Shown one piece after another: positions 1-9,075 of a stretch of DNA of 64,000 nucleotides. This DNA comes from an uncultured Verrucomicrobiota bacterium. GTDB taxonomy: Bacteria > Verrucomicrobiota > Kiritimatiellia > JAAZAB01. Made by a program: the position numbers and the translations under genes. The notes below the pieces were generated by a model. It was not told where the DNA came from. It did not search any database and saw only the letters and a list, made by a program, of their open reading frames with translations. Position 1 is the stretch's first letter. Every line of letters begins with the position of its first letter. The stretch spans positions 4,016 to 68,015 of the forward strand of contig CAZALU010000004.1 of NCBI GenBank assembly GCA_964486075.1, in the 5' to 3' direction.

Positions 1-922
1 TCTGGTCAAACTACCAGCGCCAATCAATAAGTTTCCGGCATTCGTTGTCCATGTCGTTCAAAGGCTGAAAGTTCTTTGTCCCGCCATGGGCAAGAAGCGC
101 ATCGCCCAAATGCTCGCCCGCGCCAGCCTGTCAATCAGCGCCACTTCCGTCGCGCGATTCCTGAAGCAAATACCTTTGCCTCCTCCACCATCAATCCGTC
201 AAAGGCCGGATTTCGCCAAGGGCTCAACCATAAACCATGAACCGTTTGGCCGCGTAGTGACCGCCCGATACCCCAACCATATCTGGCACGTGGACCTGAC
301 GGCCATCCCTACACGAGCCGGCTTCTGGGTCACCTGGTTGCCAATGGCTATCCTCCAATGCTGGCCGTTCTGCTGGTGGGTGGCGTGTACCATAGATCAT
401 TACACACGCCGTATCGTAGACTTCAGGGTATTCAAATCGCCGCCGACATCGCGTCAGATCACGGCGTTTCTCAACCGCTTGATCAGGGCTGCCGGCCAGG
501 CGCCGAAATATGTCATCTCCGACAAGGGCACTCAATTCTGGTGCAAAGCATTCAAACACTGGTGCAAGCGCAGGAACATCCAACCACGCTACGGCGCAAT
601 CGGAAAATACGGCAGCATCGCCATTGTCGAGAGGTTCATCCGCTCGCTCAAGTCCGAATGCACGCGACGGCTTGTCGTACCTCTTGCCCAATCCGCAATG
701 CGAAGGGAACTTGAATATTACGCCGTGTGGTTCAACATCTGTCGCCCACACCAGGGACTCGGCGGCCTGGCGCCGGACGAACGGACTCTTCCTGAAAAAA
801 AGAAAACGCCGTCAGATAAATGCTGGCGACGCAATTCGATCCTTCAACCTATGATCCTCGATGTGTCGTATTTTCAGGAACGCAAGCACTTGCCGATAAT
901 CCGACTCAAGCCGGCTGCTTGA
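1..922 (+). CDS. IS481-family DDE transposase (integrase-core rve domain), 5' end outside the window
   Basis: The frame is open from nt 2 with no stop before ATG 86. There is an HTH-like segment GKKRIAQMLARASLSISATSVARFLKQ, then the DDE catalytic triad region HVDLT ... ISDKGTQF ... VERFIRSLKSE. Confidence 0.8.
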   Translation, partial: LVKLPAPINKFPAFVVHVVQRLKVLCPAMGKKRIAQMLARASLSISATSVARFLKQIPLPPPPSIRQRPDFAKGSTINHEPFGRVVTARYPNHIWHVDLTAIPTRAGFWVTWLPMAILQCWPFCWWVACTIDHYTRRIVDFRVFKSPPTSRQITAFLNRLIRAAGQAPKYVISDKGTQFWCKAFKHWCKRRNIQPRYGAIGKYGSIAIVERFIRSLKSECTRRLVVPLAQSAMRRELEYYAVWFNICRPHQGLGGLAPDERTLPEKKKTPSDKCWRRNSILQPMILDVSYFQERKHLPIIRLKPAA

Positions 923-1060
923 TGATCACCTCGTTATCGGCGACCTATCGTACGCGCCTGAACTCTGCCCGGTTACGGCTTTCATCTGTCGGATGCCTTC
1001 CCGGTTGCCAGTCTTTGTCGGGAACCAAAATATTTCAGCGCCTCACCCCCCCTGTTTCCC
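1..1060 (+). mobile_element. IS481-like insertion sequence (partial, right end approximate)
   Basis: Transposase ORF reaches the window edge. The minus-strand gene 982..1869 has a nonsense-looking C-terminal tail that reads into the sequence just right of the transposase stop. The right boundary is not resolved. Confidence 0.55.
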
Positions 1061-1869
1061 GCCCGGACCCCCCTTTTTTCCTTCGGAAAAACTCGCTGGA
1101 CTACTATACCATACGGAGTTGTATCCATAGGAGGGGCGAAGTCTTTGAGCAAATGCGGCCATGGCTTGGAAGTGAATTCGTCAATACTGGGTCCGGTGTT
1201 AAACGCCATTATGCCCTTTGACAACAGATCCTTGTTGTCATCAGTATAGGTGTCGCCAATTCTTGGATAAGTATCGCCAGGATAATTCAGGGTTACCTTG
1301 TAAGGCTGAGGCGTTACAAAAGCCTTCTTGAACCCGCCGCCACCTTGAATTGTGTCCTTATTGGAAAAAACCGCAAAGGCTTTGATCGCATTTCCTGGAT
1401 GGTATAGATTGAGTTCATTGAATGCGGCATTTGGTGATGCACCGTATTTGTACCGATTCTGGATTTGCGAAAAACCTATGCTTCCAAATTCGTCAGCGGA
1501 TCCCAACGTGACCCGATAATTGACATTGTATCCCCAATGTCCGTAAGCGCCAGACTCTTTATTAACCCAAGCCGTTAAGATTTCTTCTCTCGTTGTGTTT
1601 GGGTCGACGGATTGTCGGATTGCTTCCGTATATGTAGTTGCGAGTTCATTGGCGCCGACCGTTATCCATCCAGCGAATCCGAAGTGATTCTTATTAATCG
1701 TGGCGCTTGACGAGAAGGCATCAAAAGCAGCGAGATAGTCATCCCAGTGTCTTTTTATTTTGCTAAGCGTGTCATTTCCGACCCTACCGTCAACAGGCGT
1801 GACTTCATCTCGCTGCTGCAGCCTTTTAACAGCCTTATCGGTGCCAGCCCCAAAATCGCCGTCTACCAC
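982..1869 (-). CDS. peptidoglycan-binding (PG_binding_1-like) domain protein, C-terminus probably disrupted by the IS; GTG start
   Basis: N-terminus VDGDFGAGTDKAVKRLQQ...VDGRVGNDTLSKI matches the DGxFGxxTxxAVxxFQ...DGxxGxxT peptidoglycan-binding repeat. No signal peptide. Last ~30 aa are low-complexity (GVRAGNRGGEALKYFGSRQRLATGKASDR) and overlap the IS flank. Confidence 0.55.
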   Translation of the reverse strand: MVDGDFGAGTDKAVKRLQQRDEVTPVDGRVGNDTLSKIKRHWDDYLAAFDAFSSSATINKNHFGFAGWITVGANELATTYTEAIRQSVDPNTTREEILTAWVNKESGAYGHWGYNVNYRVTLGSADEFGSIGFSQIQNRYKYGASPNAAFNELNLYHPGNAIKAFAVFSNKDTIQGGGGFKKAFVTPQPYKVTLNYPGDTYPRIGDTYTDDNKDLLSKGIMAFNTGPSIDEFTSKPWPHLLKDFAPPMDTTPYGIVVQRVFPKEKRGVRAGNRGGEALKYFGSRQRLATGKASDR

Positions 1870-1900
1870 TATAGTTTCCTCGTTTTCCTCGCTATATTGC

Positions 1901-2761
1901 TCAATTGCCTTCGGCTACTTTGCGCTTTTCTGGAATCGAATTAATTAGTCGAAACTTTTCAAACACCGCTTTACGTATTGTTGGATCTGTTTCATCATCA
2001 AAAAGATTAAGACCATTGATCATTTCTGCGTTATTCTTCGTAAGAATTGGGAGGAGCGAGAAGATTAAAAGTCGATAAACCGGATTAGTAGATTTCGCCA
2101 ATGAGAGAAGGGCGTCTGCATGGGGGAAGTTTCGTTTCGGTTCTAGCTCGCTACCTGTGTTCGCAAGATCTCTGTTTTCGGCCAATCCATCCAGAACACT
2201 TTGATAAACGATGACATCACCAGCGGTCGATATTGAAGAGTTTGCGCGTAGGTTCAATATCTCAAACAACAACTCGGGGTGCTCGCGCGAAATCCGTCTA
2301 ATTGCACCCGCAAGGAATTGTTGTTCTGCGCATTTCACCAAAGGAATGCCCATAAAACCAGCTTTATCTATTCTGTGTCTATCATTATTGCCATGATTCC
2401 GACCAGATAGCATATCGATCAACATGATGGGAAGACAACCTTTTTGGGTAACGTTGGATACACCTTGTGTAGCCCCAGTATTACCAATAAGAATACCTGC
2501 CAGAGATGCCAGATTCGTTGATACATATTCCCACTGTGATGAAGCAATATTCGCGGAAAGTTCTTGCCACATAACTTGTTCCTTTTGAAGCAATGCCCGC
2601 ACCTGATTAGAGGAAACACCCATCGTAACAGATAGTTCATTATTGATTTGATTATCAGTCGTAGAATGGCGTGCATCTATATTTGTGGCTCCATTTAAGA
2701 CAATAGCGAACAAACCCAAAATAAAGGCCAAGCTAATGATCGGTTGTATATTGTTTAACAT
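1901..2761 (-). CDS. secreted hypothetical protein (N-terminal signal peptide), in a low-GC segment
   Basis: MLNNIQPIISLAFILGLFAIVLNGATN signal-like N-terminus. The local AT content is clearly higher than the neighbouring sequence. C-terminus TIRKAVFEKFRL resembles half of a PG-binding repeat. Confidence 0.5.
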   Translation of the reverse strand: MLNNIQPIISLAFILGLFAIVLNGATNIDARHSTTDNQINNELSVTMGVSSNQVRALLQKEQVMWQELSANIASSQWEYVSTNLASLAGILIGNTGATQGVSNVTQKGCLPIMLIDMLSGRNHGNNDRHRIDKAGFMGIPLVKCAEQQFLAGAIRRISREHPELLFEILNLRANSSISTAGDVIVYQSVLDGLAENRDLANTGSELEPKRNFPHADALLSLAKSTNPVYRLLIFSLLPILTKNNAEMINGLNLFDDETDPTIRKAVFEKFRLINSIPEKRKVAEGN

Positions 2762-2773
2762 GCTGATCCTCCA

Positions 2774-5700
2774 TTAACGCGGCTTCGAGCTATAAAATAG
2801 CAGATATGTATTTATGCAATAGTCCCCGTAACCGAACAAAGTGTGTTTGAGCCCCTTATGTGACACTTTAAGTTCATCAGCCGGAGATTGATATGCAAGA
2901 GCTAGCGATGTATTTGCATCACCAAGAATTAACATTAGGTCGTCCGTATCGCCACCTGGTAAAAAGGGCACTCCTGATTGTCTTGCATCTTCGACAAATG
3001 ATGCTGTGATTCCCGATCCCGCCACAACTGTTGCCGTAAAGAGAATACGATGATCAAGCCCCACTTCTGCGATTCCAACCATCTGATCCTGATTGCCGCG
3101 GTTGTAGTCTGTATGCCAACCACCCATTGCTTGGATCGGGAGTGGCGAAAGCGGCACGCGCCCTTTTGCGATTTGAAATTGATAATATTGTGGCATGGAA
3201 ATGTATTTTGCATCGGGTCCTGCATATACAGATCCGCGAAGAGGATCGGTTGGCGACGGGTAATTCGGATCGGCATTGTCTGACGAGACATAGGCGTTAT
3301 ATGTCTCTGAAACCAATCGTCCATGACATCGACGTGTCATGTTTTTTAAGCCGCCGACATTCTGGATATCGAAAGTAAAGTTTGCATTGATTGCAACGGT
3401 ATATCCCGGATAGTTTGCGACAACAGCATCTATTCCCCACAATGGTTGCGTACGCCAATACGTGTCTAATGCCACCATTCTTGTAGATTCCTCTCGCATG
3501 GCGACAATACGAATCATTCCGTAAGGGCTGTATTGTTTTTGTCCCACCCATAATCGTGTGTTATTTTCAAGGATATAGTCGCGCACAGCGTGGAAAAACT
3601 TTACATCACCCACATTATTAACGATGGTCAGTCGCAGCTTATCCTCCCCCAATGTGACACTCTTATCCAGCTTGCCGTGCTTCAAAATTAGATCGCCGGA
3701 TATTTGGCTAGAAAATAAACCTTCAGCCCTAATGTAAAGGATCTCGGGTAATAAAATGCCAGACGATAAATCTAGCGGAAATGTCATTTTGTCAGATGGA
3801 GCACATGTCTTATTCTTATAGAAAGCTAGTTTACTGATTTCGGGATAATCGAACCACACGGCATCTGACGCCGGCAAGCATTTGACTCGAATTTTTTGGA
3901 TATCGTCGTCGGCAGTATATCCAGAAGGCTTGCCAGGATCATCTTTATCCCAAAGCCCATTCGATATGTTATCGTTCACAAACAGGAACTCCGCCCCTTT
4001 GTCACTGACATCTTCCTTTAGCTGCACATCCGCGTCATCAATTTTGCCATCATTATTTAAATCGCTAACCAATTCCACTATCATAGCGTCTTCATCACAG
4101 TTTTTGTTGACATGTATGTTTCGTTCATCCGGTTGCCCACCCGCTTTCATCGGCGAAAACTTCAAAACACCCAGCGGTTGCACCTGCTCGGCCGGCTCCG
4201 TGTATACGCTCCAATCATAGGCAACCATGGTCACGGACGACAGGTTCGTCTGGTTTTCCACAGTCAGCAGGACCGTGACCTTTCCGTCCGCATCCGTTAC
4301 ATACGGCGTTTCCGGGAAGTGCGCCCAGGCGCTCAAATCGGCGGGATTTTCCGGCGTATTGTTAGTCACCTTTAGTTCATCATCTTCCCAGTATTCGACC
4401 TGCTCGACAAAGAATTTGATTTGATGATCGTTAAACGGCTTCCACGGGTCCTCCGCCGCCGAGCCATTCCGGTGATGACGCAACGTAAGATAGTTCGTTA
4501 AAACGCCGGGCACCGGTAAGAATTCTGGATTGAATGTCCATTGACCTTCCTCATCGTATTCATCCCACGTAAAACCAACGAATCGTTCTGTTGTGCCGGC
4601 CTTTATGGTGCATCCATCAATGACGTCGCTGGATGTCAAAACGCCATCAATAATCCCACCTGCGCCAGTTTGAACCGTCACGGCATCACCCCCGCCGATA
4701 GCTGTCACCGCCCCCATTGCCAGCTTGGCATCTTTGCCGGATTCATAACAGCGCCCATCGATCAATCGAACAGGCACCATGATTCCGGCTTTTTCAGGCA
4801 ACACGTGAATTTCAACATCGGCCTGATGAGCCTCGGACGCAATCGCGCCCGCGCCGATGGTGACGACCTCCGGTAAAGCCTCGTCCTCGGGCCATCCTTT
4901 GGGCATTACCGTGATGTCAGCCTTAAACACCGTATATTTGACCTTATCCGTAGCGCCGCTCAGATCTTGCGTGACCGTTATTTCTTTGTCGCGCGGACTG
5001 CTCGAAACGTTTTTCCCCTCGACATAAAGCGTCAGCGGGAACCGCGCCACCGGATAACTGGAAGACGCGGGAGTGCGTTTCTCCATATCCTCGTAAAGAT
5101 TTCCCCCCGCTACCGAGACCGTCTCGTCCCCGGGCAGGCCGCTGGGATACAACGTGATCACCACCGGCACCAGATCGTTCTCGTTCGTCACAGGCGCTTC
5201 TTGCAGGTCCGGAACGCCATTGGCGTTGTCGTCATCCGAGTTCAGCCACACCACTCCGCCTACGGTTTCCTCGTCCGCTTCGCTCAAGTCTTGCATCTCA
5301 ATATCGATCCGCACCACCGTGTAGTTCGTGCTCAGATCAGCCGATACGCTCCCCTGCGTAACCAGCGCCTTGACCTCCTCTGCCTTGTACGCGCCGCTGG
5401 CCTCGCCTTGCTCCTTAATGGTTGCCGTAAGTCCGTTCCCCGGTTCCGGATCGAAATGGGTCTTGCTGGAAGTCAAGGTCCAGGCGCAGGACGCGGATGG
5501 ATCGGCATTCACTTTGGCGGTCGCAAAACCTACGGGATCACCGATAGGATCGGTCATCTTGATCCCGAGATAGGGGGGCATCTCTAGAGAAACATTCGAG
5601 ACAATCAAGTGGCCTTCGGCGCTGAGACTCGGATCCGCAAGGGAGGTGCCAATGATGCGATATGTGCGGGCATTGGTGGGCGTGACGGTTACCGTGGTCC

Positions 5701-6160
5701 CCTTCGGTAAATCCACGCCCACTGAGGGCGCGGAAACCCAGGAACTCAGCACCGGAAGGCGAAGAACGTTATTCGTGGCCCAGAATATCGCCGTGCCGCC
5801 CAGATAAATATTGGTTGATACCGGAAAGACCAGGTAATCCCCCTCGGCTTTGCCGTTTACGTACCAAGTCATTGGGGGTGGCGGACCGCTTGGACCGCCG
5901 CCGCCTCCACCCCCGCCGCCTTCGCCCCCGCCGCCGCAATCCCCCGAGAGTTCACCCTCGAACCTATGCTGGAAGGACAACTCGGAGGGATTTTGGCTCA
6001 CATCGCACATGAAATAACCGGCGACTCCGCAGCCGCCGGGGAAAAAGGCGACCCAGATTCCGTCATTCGGCGTCTGTGTGCCCGGCACATGCTTGTACTC
6101 CGGGCGCACCGGCACTTCCAAAATCCATACGGGTTCCGGTCTCTCCGCGGTGAACATCAT
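2774..6160 (-). CDS. giant (1128 aa) multi-domain surface/secreted protein with Gly/Pro low-complexity linker and Ca-binding-like DxDxNG motifs
   Basis: Long uninterrupted ORF. GGGGEGGGGGGGGGPSGPPPP linker. Motifs LNSDDDNANGVPD and LNNDGKIDDADV look like dockerin / thrombospondin-type calcium-binding loops. C-terminal ~350 aa globular domain is of unknown fold. 4-nt ATGA overlap with the upstream gene. Confidence 0.7.
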   Translation of the reverse strand: MMFTAERPEPVWILEVPVRPEYKHVPGTQTPNDGIWVAFFPGGCGVAGYFMCDVSQNPSELSFQHRFEGELSGDCGGGGEGGGGGGGGGPSGPPPPMTWYVNGKAEGDYLVFPVSTNIYLGGTAIFWATNNVLRLPVLSSWVSAPSVGVDLPKGTTVTVTPTNARTYRIIGTSLADPSLSAEGHLIVSNVSLEMPPYLGIKMTDPIGDPVGFATAKVNADPSASCAWTLTSSKTHFDPEPGNGLTATIKEQGEASGAYKAEEVKALVTQGSVSADLSTNYTVVRIDIEMQDLSEADEETVGGVVWLNSDDDNANGVPDLQEAPVTNENDLVPVVITLYPSGLPGDETVSVAGGNLYEDMEKRTPASSSYPVARFPLTLYVEGKNVSSSPRDKEITVTQDLSGATDKVKYTVFKADITVMPKGWPEDEALPEVVTIGAGAIASEAHQADVEIHVLPEKAGIMVPVRLIDGRCYESGKDAKLAMGAVTAIGGGDAVTVQTGAGGIIDGVLTSSDVIDGCTIKAGTTERFVGFTWDEYDEEGQWTFNPEFLPVPGVLTNYLTLRHHRNGSAAEDPWKPFNDHQIKFFVEQVEYWEDDELKVTNNTPENPADLSAWAHFPETPYVTDADGKVTVLLTVENQTNLSSVTMVAYDWSVYTEPAEQVQPLGVLKFSPMKAGGQPDERNIHVNKNCDEDAMIVELVSDLNNDGKIDDADVQLKEDVSDKGAEFLFVNDNISNGLWDKDDPGKPSGYTADDDIQKIRVKCLPASDAVWFDYPEISKLAFYKNKTCAPSDKMTFPLDLSSGILLPEILYIRAEGLFSSQISGDLILKHGKLDKSVTLGEDKLRLTIVNNVGDVKFFHAVRDYILENNTRLWVGQKQYSPYGMIRIVAMREESTRMVALDTYWRTQPLWGIDAVVANYPGYTVAINANFTFDIQNVGGLKNMTRRCHGRLVSETYNAYVSSDNADPNYPSPTDPLRGSVYAGPDAKYISMPQYYQFQIAKGRVPLSPLPIQAMGGWHTDYNRGNQDQMVGIAEVGLDHRILFTATVVAGSGITASFVEDARQSGVPFLPGGDTDDLMLILGDANTSLALAYQSPADELKVSHKGLKHTLFGYGDYCINTYLLFYSSKPR

Positions 6161-7038
6161 TTCGATAACTGATTAATGAGCGGCTCGATTGTTGCCTTAA
6201 ACTGTGCAGAACGACTTTCTTCGACGGATTGTTTCAACATATCGACAGATTTCTTAGTGGCACAATTGGTTAACGAATCATATGCATATATTGACATCGC
6301 ATCTCTCGTATCATGCGCCTTTTCTTCCCACATCATTAACAAGGCAGGCACACTACGTTCGTCTTTAATCAATCCCAATGCCTTGGCGGCAAAACTGCGG
6401 ATATTCTGCACATACGGGATCACATAGTCCATGTCCATGTTGCCGTTTTCATCCCGCTCGGATTGAAGGCCTAAATCCGATCGCATGATAAAGTAGTTAC
6501 GATTTGTAACTACACTTTCCAGCACTTCCCGAGCATATGGCGGATTGAGCCTTCCGATAGCCATCATGACGCCAGAATATCGGATGCGAGCACCACCAAG
6601 CGTATTGGTGTATTCGTTGCCCTTCCAGATTTTCTCCACCAACACCATTGGTGTTGCCCTTGCATTCCTCGCCAAGGAACGATCAATTGAATCCACTCTT
6701 GCCAAATCGTATCGCAAAGTTGTTTGTCCCACACTAACATTTAACACCTTACGTTGCACCAACTCTTCTTTGGTCGCGCGTTCTGCTAATATCGATACAA
6801 GCAACCCAACGCGCCAATCCATATCCTCAGCTTTGATGGCCTGGAAAGCTTCCGGCGTTTTTTTATATTCTTCGATCAGCCGATTTCGTTGATCAAGATA
6901 ATCTTTGCCTTCGGCCGCCACCGCTTGATGCAATTCCTTACGCAACACCTCGTTTACCGGAGCCGATCGAACAGTAATGCCAGTCACTGACAGTAAAATG
7001 ACACATAGTATTTTCCAATTGCAGTAAGTCATTTTCAT
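6157..7038 (-). CDS. secreted HEAT/PBS-lyase-like repeat protein
   Basis: Start set at MKMTYCNWKILCVILLSVTGITVRSAP (signal peptide), preceded by a GGAGG RBS. A HEAT-like repeat is ALGLIKDERSVPALL. The longer ORF to 7176 has no RBS and no signal peptide. Confidence 0.65.
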   Translation of the reverse strand: MKMTYCNWKILCVILLSVTGITVRSAPVNEVLRKELHQAVAAEGKDYLDQRNRLIEEYKKTPEAFQAIKAEDMDWRVGLLVSILAERATKEELVQRKVLNVSVGQTTLRYDLARVDSIDRSLARNARATPMVLVEKIWKGNEYTNTLGGARIRYSGVMMAIGRLNPPYAREVLESVVTNRNYFIMRSDLGLQSERDENGNMDMDYVIPYVQNIRSFAAKALGLIKDERSVPALLMMWEEKAHDTRDAMSIYAYDSLTNCATKKSVDMLKQSVEESRSAQFKATIEPLINQLSK

Positions 7039-7242
7039 GGGGCCTCCATACATTCTTTCATTGCCATGCCTCCCACCAGTGCAACCCGGCAATCGGAGCG
7101 CGCCTGGTATTCGATCCGCAATGCACTCCGCCAGAGTTATCATGCAGCCACCAGGCATCAACATATCCTTGGTCATAGGCTGGTCTGCCTAAGGCATGAT
7201 CCACCAGCAGGCGGCTTGCCCGCCTAGCCCGAGCTCGGCCAG

Positions 7243-7381
7243 GGATCCGCCTCCGGCGGACAATCCGAGGTGGGGCGAGTCCTCCGGGCCTACTCCGCCG
7301 TAGTCCGGCAGGCGCCGGACGAAGGCTGGACCGAGCCGTTCCGGCAGCTGCCGGACTCACCCTGAGGGTTCGCCCTACCTT
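7243..7381 (-). repeat. structured intergenic element copy A (core GGATCCGCCTCCGGCGGACAATCCGAGGTGGGGCGAG ... GGGTTCGCCCTACC)
   Basis: Shares a 26-nt identical block cggcggacaatccgaggtggggcgag and the gggttcgccctacc block with copy B at 8290..8383. The conserved ends can pair (GGGGCGA / TCGCCCC). The middle is variable. Confidence 0.6.
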
Positions 7382-7385
7382 GGAA

Positions 7386-7426
7386 AAAAGTTGCCCTGAA
7401 GTATGCGCTTCGTTTAACTTCAGGGC
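7386..7426 (-). terminator. Rho-independent terminator of truA
   Basis: On the minus strand: 9-bp perfect stem GCCCUGAAG...CUUCAGGGC followed by AACUUUUUUCC, immediately after the truA stop. Confidence 0.7.
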
Positions 7427-7431
7427 CTAAT

Positions 7432-8268
7432 TCAATGCCTGGCCGGGCGGACCGCGCAACGCGTTGCCGCTTGGCGGCCATACCGGACCCGCCAGAGAAA
7501 CAGGCCGTCCGGCGGCGCCGTGGGCACCCGCGCGGTGCGTACCCGTGAGCGCAGGATTCCCTTTGCCGCCGAGGGTGGCACGGCGCCCGAGCCGACCCGG
7601 ATCAGCAATCCGGCCAGGCTCCGGACCATCTTGTAAAGGAAGCCTTCGCCCTGGGCGATAATGGTGATTTCCTTTCCCCGGCGGCGCACGGCCAGCCGGG
7701 TCAGGCGCCGGATCGTGCTTTCCACTTCGCGATTGGGATTGGCGGTGAAGGCGGCGAAATCGTGGCGGCCGACCAGTCCAGCGGCGGCCATGCGCATGGC
7801 GTGCGCGTCAAGGGGCGCCCTGATATGGGTTCGATAACGGCGCAGAAATGGCGGCATAATGTCGTCGTTCCAGATCAGGTAACGGTATTCCTTGCTTGCG
7901 GCGCTGCGCCGGGCGTGGAAGTCGCCGGACACTTGAGCGGTGCCCAGGATGCGGATGTCGGGCGGCAATAATGCGTTCAGCGTTCGACGCAAGTCCCGCC
8001 TCGGCCAGGCCCGGGGAAGATCGATGTGGGCCACTTGTGCGGCCGCATGAACCCCTTGGTCGGTTCGTCCGCTGCCGTGGACCTTGACGGGGCCGCCGGC
8101 AAGCTTGGCCAGCGCTGTTTCCAGTTCGCCTTGGATCGTGGGCTGGCCGGGCTGAACCTGCCAGCCGGCATAAGCCGACCCGTCATAGGCCAGGGTCAGT
8201 TTGTGGCGGAAGGCAGCGCTGGATGGGAGGGGGGTGTTCATGGCCTGTTCGATGTTAATTTTGCGCAT
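7432..8268 (-). CDS. truA: tRNA pseudouridine(38-40) synthase TruA
   Basis: YDGSAYAGWQVQ and GRTDQGVHA motifs are typical of TruA. Start may be the internal MNTPLP. Confidence 0.9.
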   Translation of the reverse strand: MRKINIEQAMNTPLPSSAAFRHKLTLAYDGSAYAGWQVQPGQPTIQGELETALAKLAGGPVKVHGSGRTDQGVHAAAQVAHIDLPRAWPRRDLRRTLNALLPPDIRILGTAQVSGDFHARRSAASKEYRYLIWNDDIMPPFLRRYRTHIRAPLDAHAMRMAAAGLVGRHDFAAFTANPNREVESTIRRLTRLAVRRRGKEITIIAQGEGFLYKMVRSLAGLLIRVGSGAVPPSAAKGILRSRVRTARVPTAPPDGLFLWRVRYGRQAATRCAVRPARH

Positions 8269-8289
8269 AGAAATTTTCCGCCAGTGGAG

Positions 8290-8409
8290 GATTCGCCTTC
8301 GGCGGACAATCCGAGGTGGGGCGAGGCGTCTCTGCCGAGCCGTCCGATGAAGATCGGCTCACCCAAAGGGTTCGCCCTACCTTAGGACACTTGCCCTGCC
8401 GCAGGGCCA
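8290..8409 (-). repeat. structured intergenic element copy B
   Basis: ggattcgccttcggcggacaatccgaggtggggcgag ... gggttcgccctacctt followed by a gccctgccgcagggc hairpin. The cUUCGg tetraloop hairpin is ccgccttcggcgg. Confidence 0.6.
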
Positions 8410-8490
8410 TCCATTTGCTCGATCTGGCGGCCCTGCGCCAGAGGCCCGCCTGAACCCTGAACCCTGAACACCGAACACTGTTCTGCAAGG

Positions 8491-8949
8491 TCACTGCTCC
8501 GGCGCTTCCTCCGCCTCGTCCCCGCCCGGGCGCGGGCCCTTGGCATCGAGATAACATTGCAGCATGATCTGGGCCGCCAGCTGGTCGATGACTTGTTTTC
8601 TTTTTGCGCGCCGCACGTCGGCGTCGATCAGGATCCGTTCTGCGGCCTTGCTGCTCAGGCGTTCGTCCCAGGTAGTCACCGGGACGGATACCGCCTGGCG
8701 CAGGCGCTCGACGAATTGCGCCACGGCCTCCGCGGCCGGGCCCCGCGATCCATTCATGTTCAGGGGCAGGCCCACCACCACGGACCCGGCCTGCTTTTCC
8801 AGGACCCGGCGCGCGACTTCTTCCGCCGCCTGGCGGGCGCCGAGGACGGCCACGACGCAGAGCGGCATGGCAATGATCTCCGCCTCGTCGCTGACGGCAA
8901 ATCCCATGCGTCGTTCGCCGTAATCTATTCCGAGAATGCGCGGCATAGT
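8491..8949 (-). CDS. ruvX: Holliday-junction resolvase-like nuclease RuvX/YqgF
   Basis: ILGIDYGERRMGFAVSD is the YqgF/RNase H-like N-terminal motif. Start set at MPRILGID. Confidence 0.85.
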   Translation of the reverse strand, partial: TMPRILGIDYGERRMGFAVSDEAEIIAMPLCVVAVLGARQAAEEVARRVLEKQAGSVVVGLPLNMNGSRGPAAEAVAQFVERLRQAVSVPVTTWDERLSSKAAERILIDADVRRAKRKQVIDQLAAQIMLQCYLDAKGPRPGGDEAEEAPEQ

Positions 8950-9075
8950 GTTGCTCAGATTCAGTGCGGTCTCATGGTTGTTCCCTTGCCAAGGCCGCAT
9001 CGGAAGCGCGTTATGGATAACGCGCTCCACCCATCTGCCCCTTGGGTGGGGCGGCTTGTCCTCAAGCCGCTTCCT

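Noticed and set aside
224-751. 175-aa minus-strand ORF inside the IS transposase gene
   Set aside because: It is antisense to a well-supported DDE transposase with clear motifs, and shows no similarity signal. Typical GC-rich antisense ORF.
6157-7176. Longer N-terminal extension (MTKDMLMPGG...) of the HEAT-repeat protein
   Set aside because: The internal MKMTYCNW start has a GGAGG RBS and an immediate signal peptide. The extension has neither and overlaps the repeat element.
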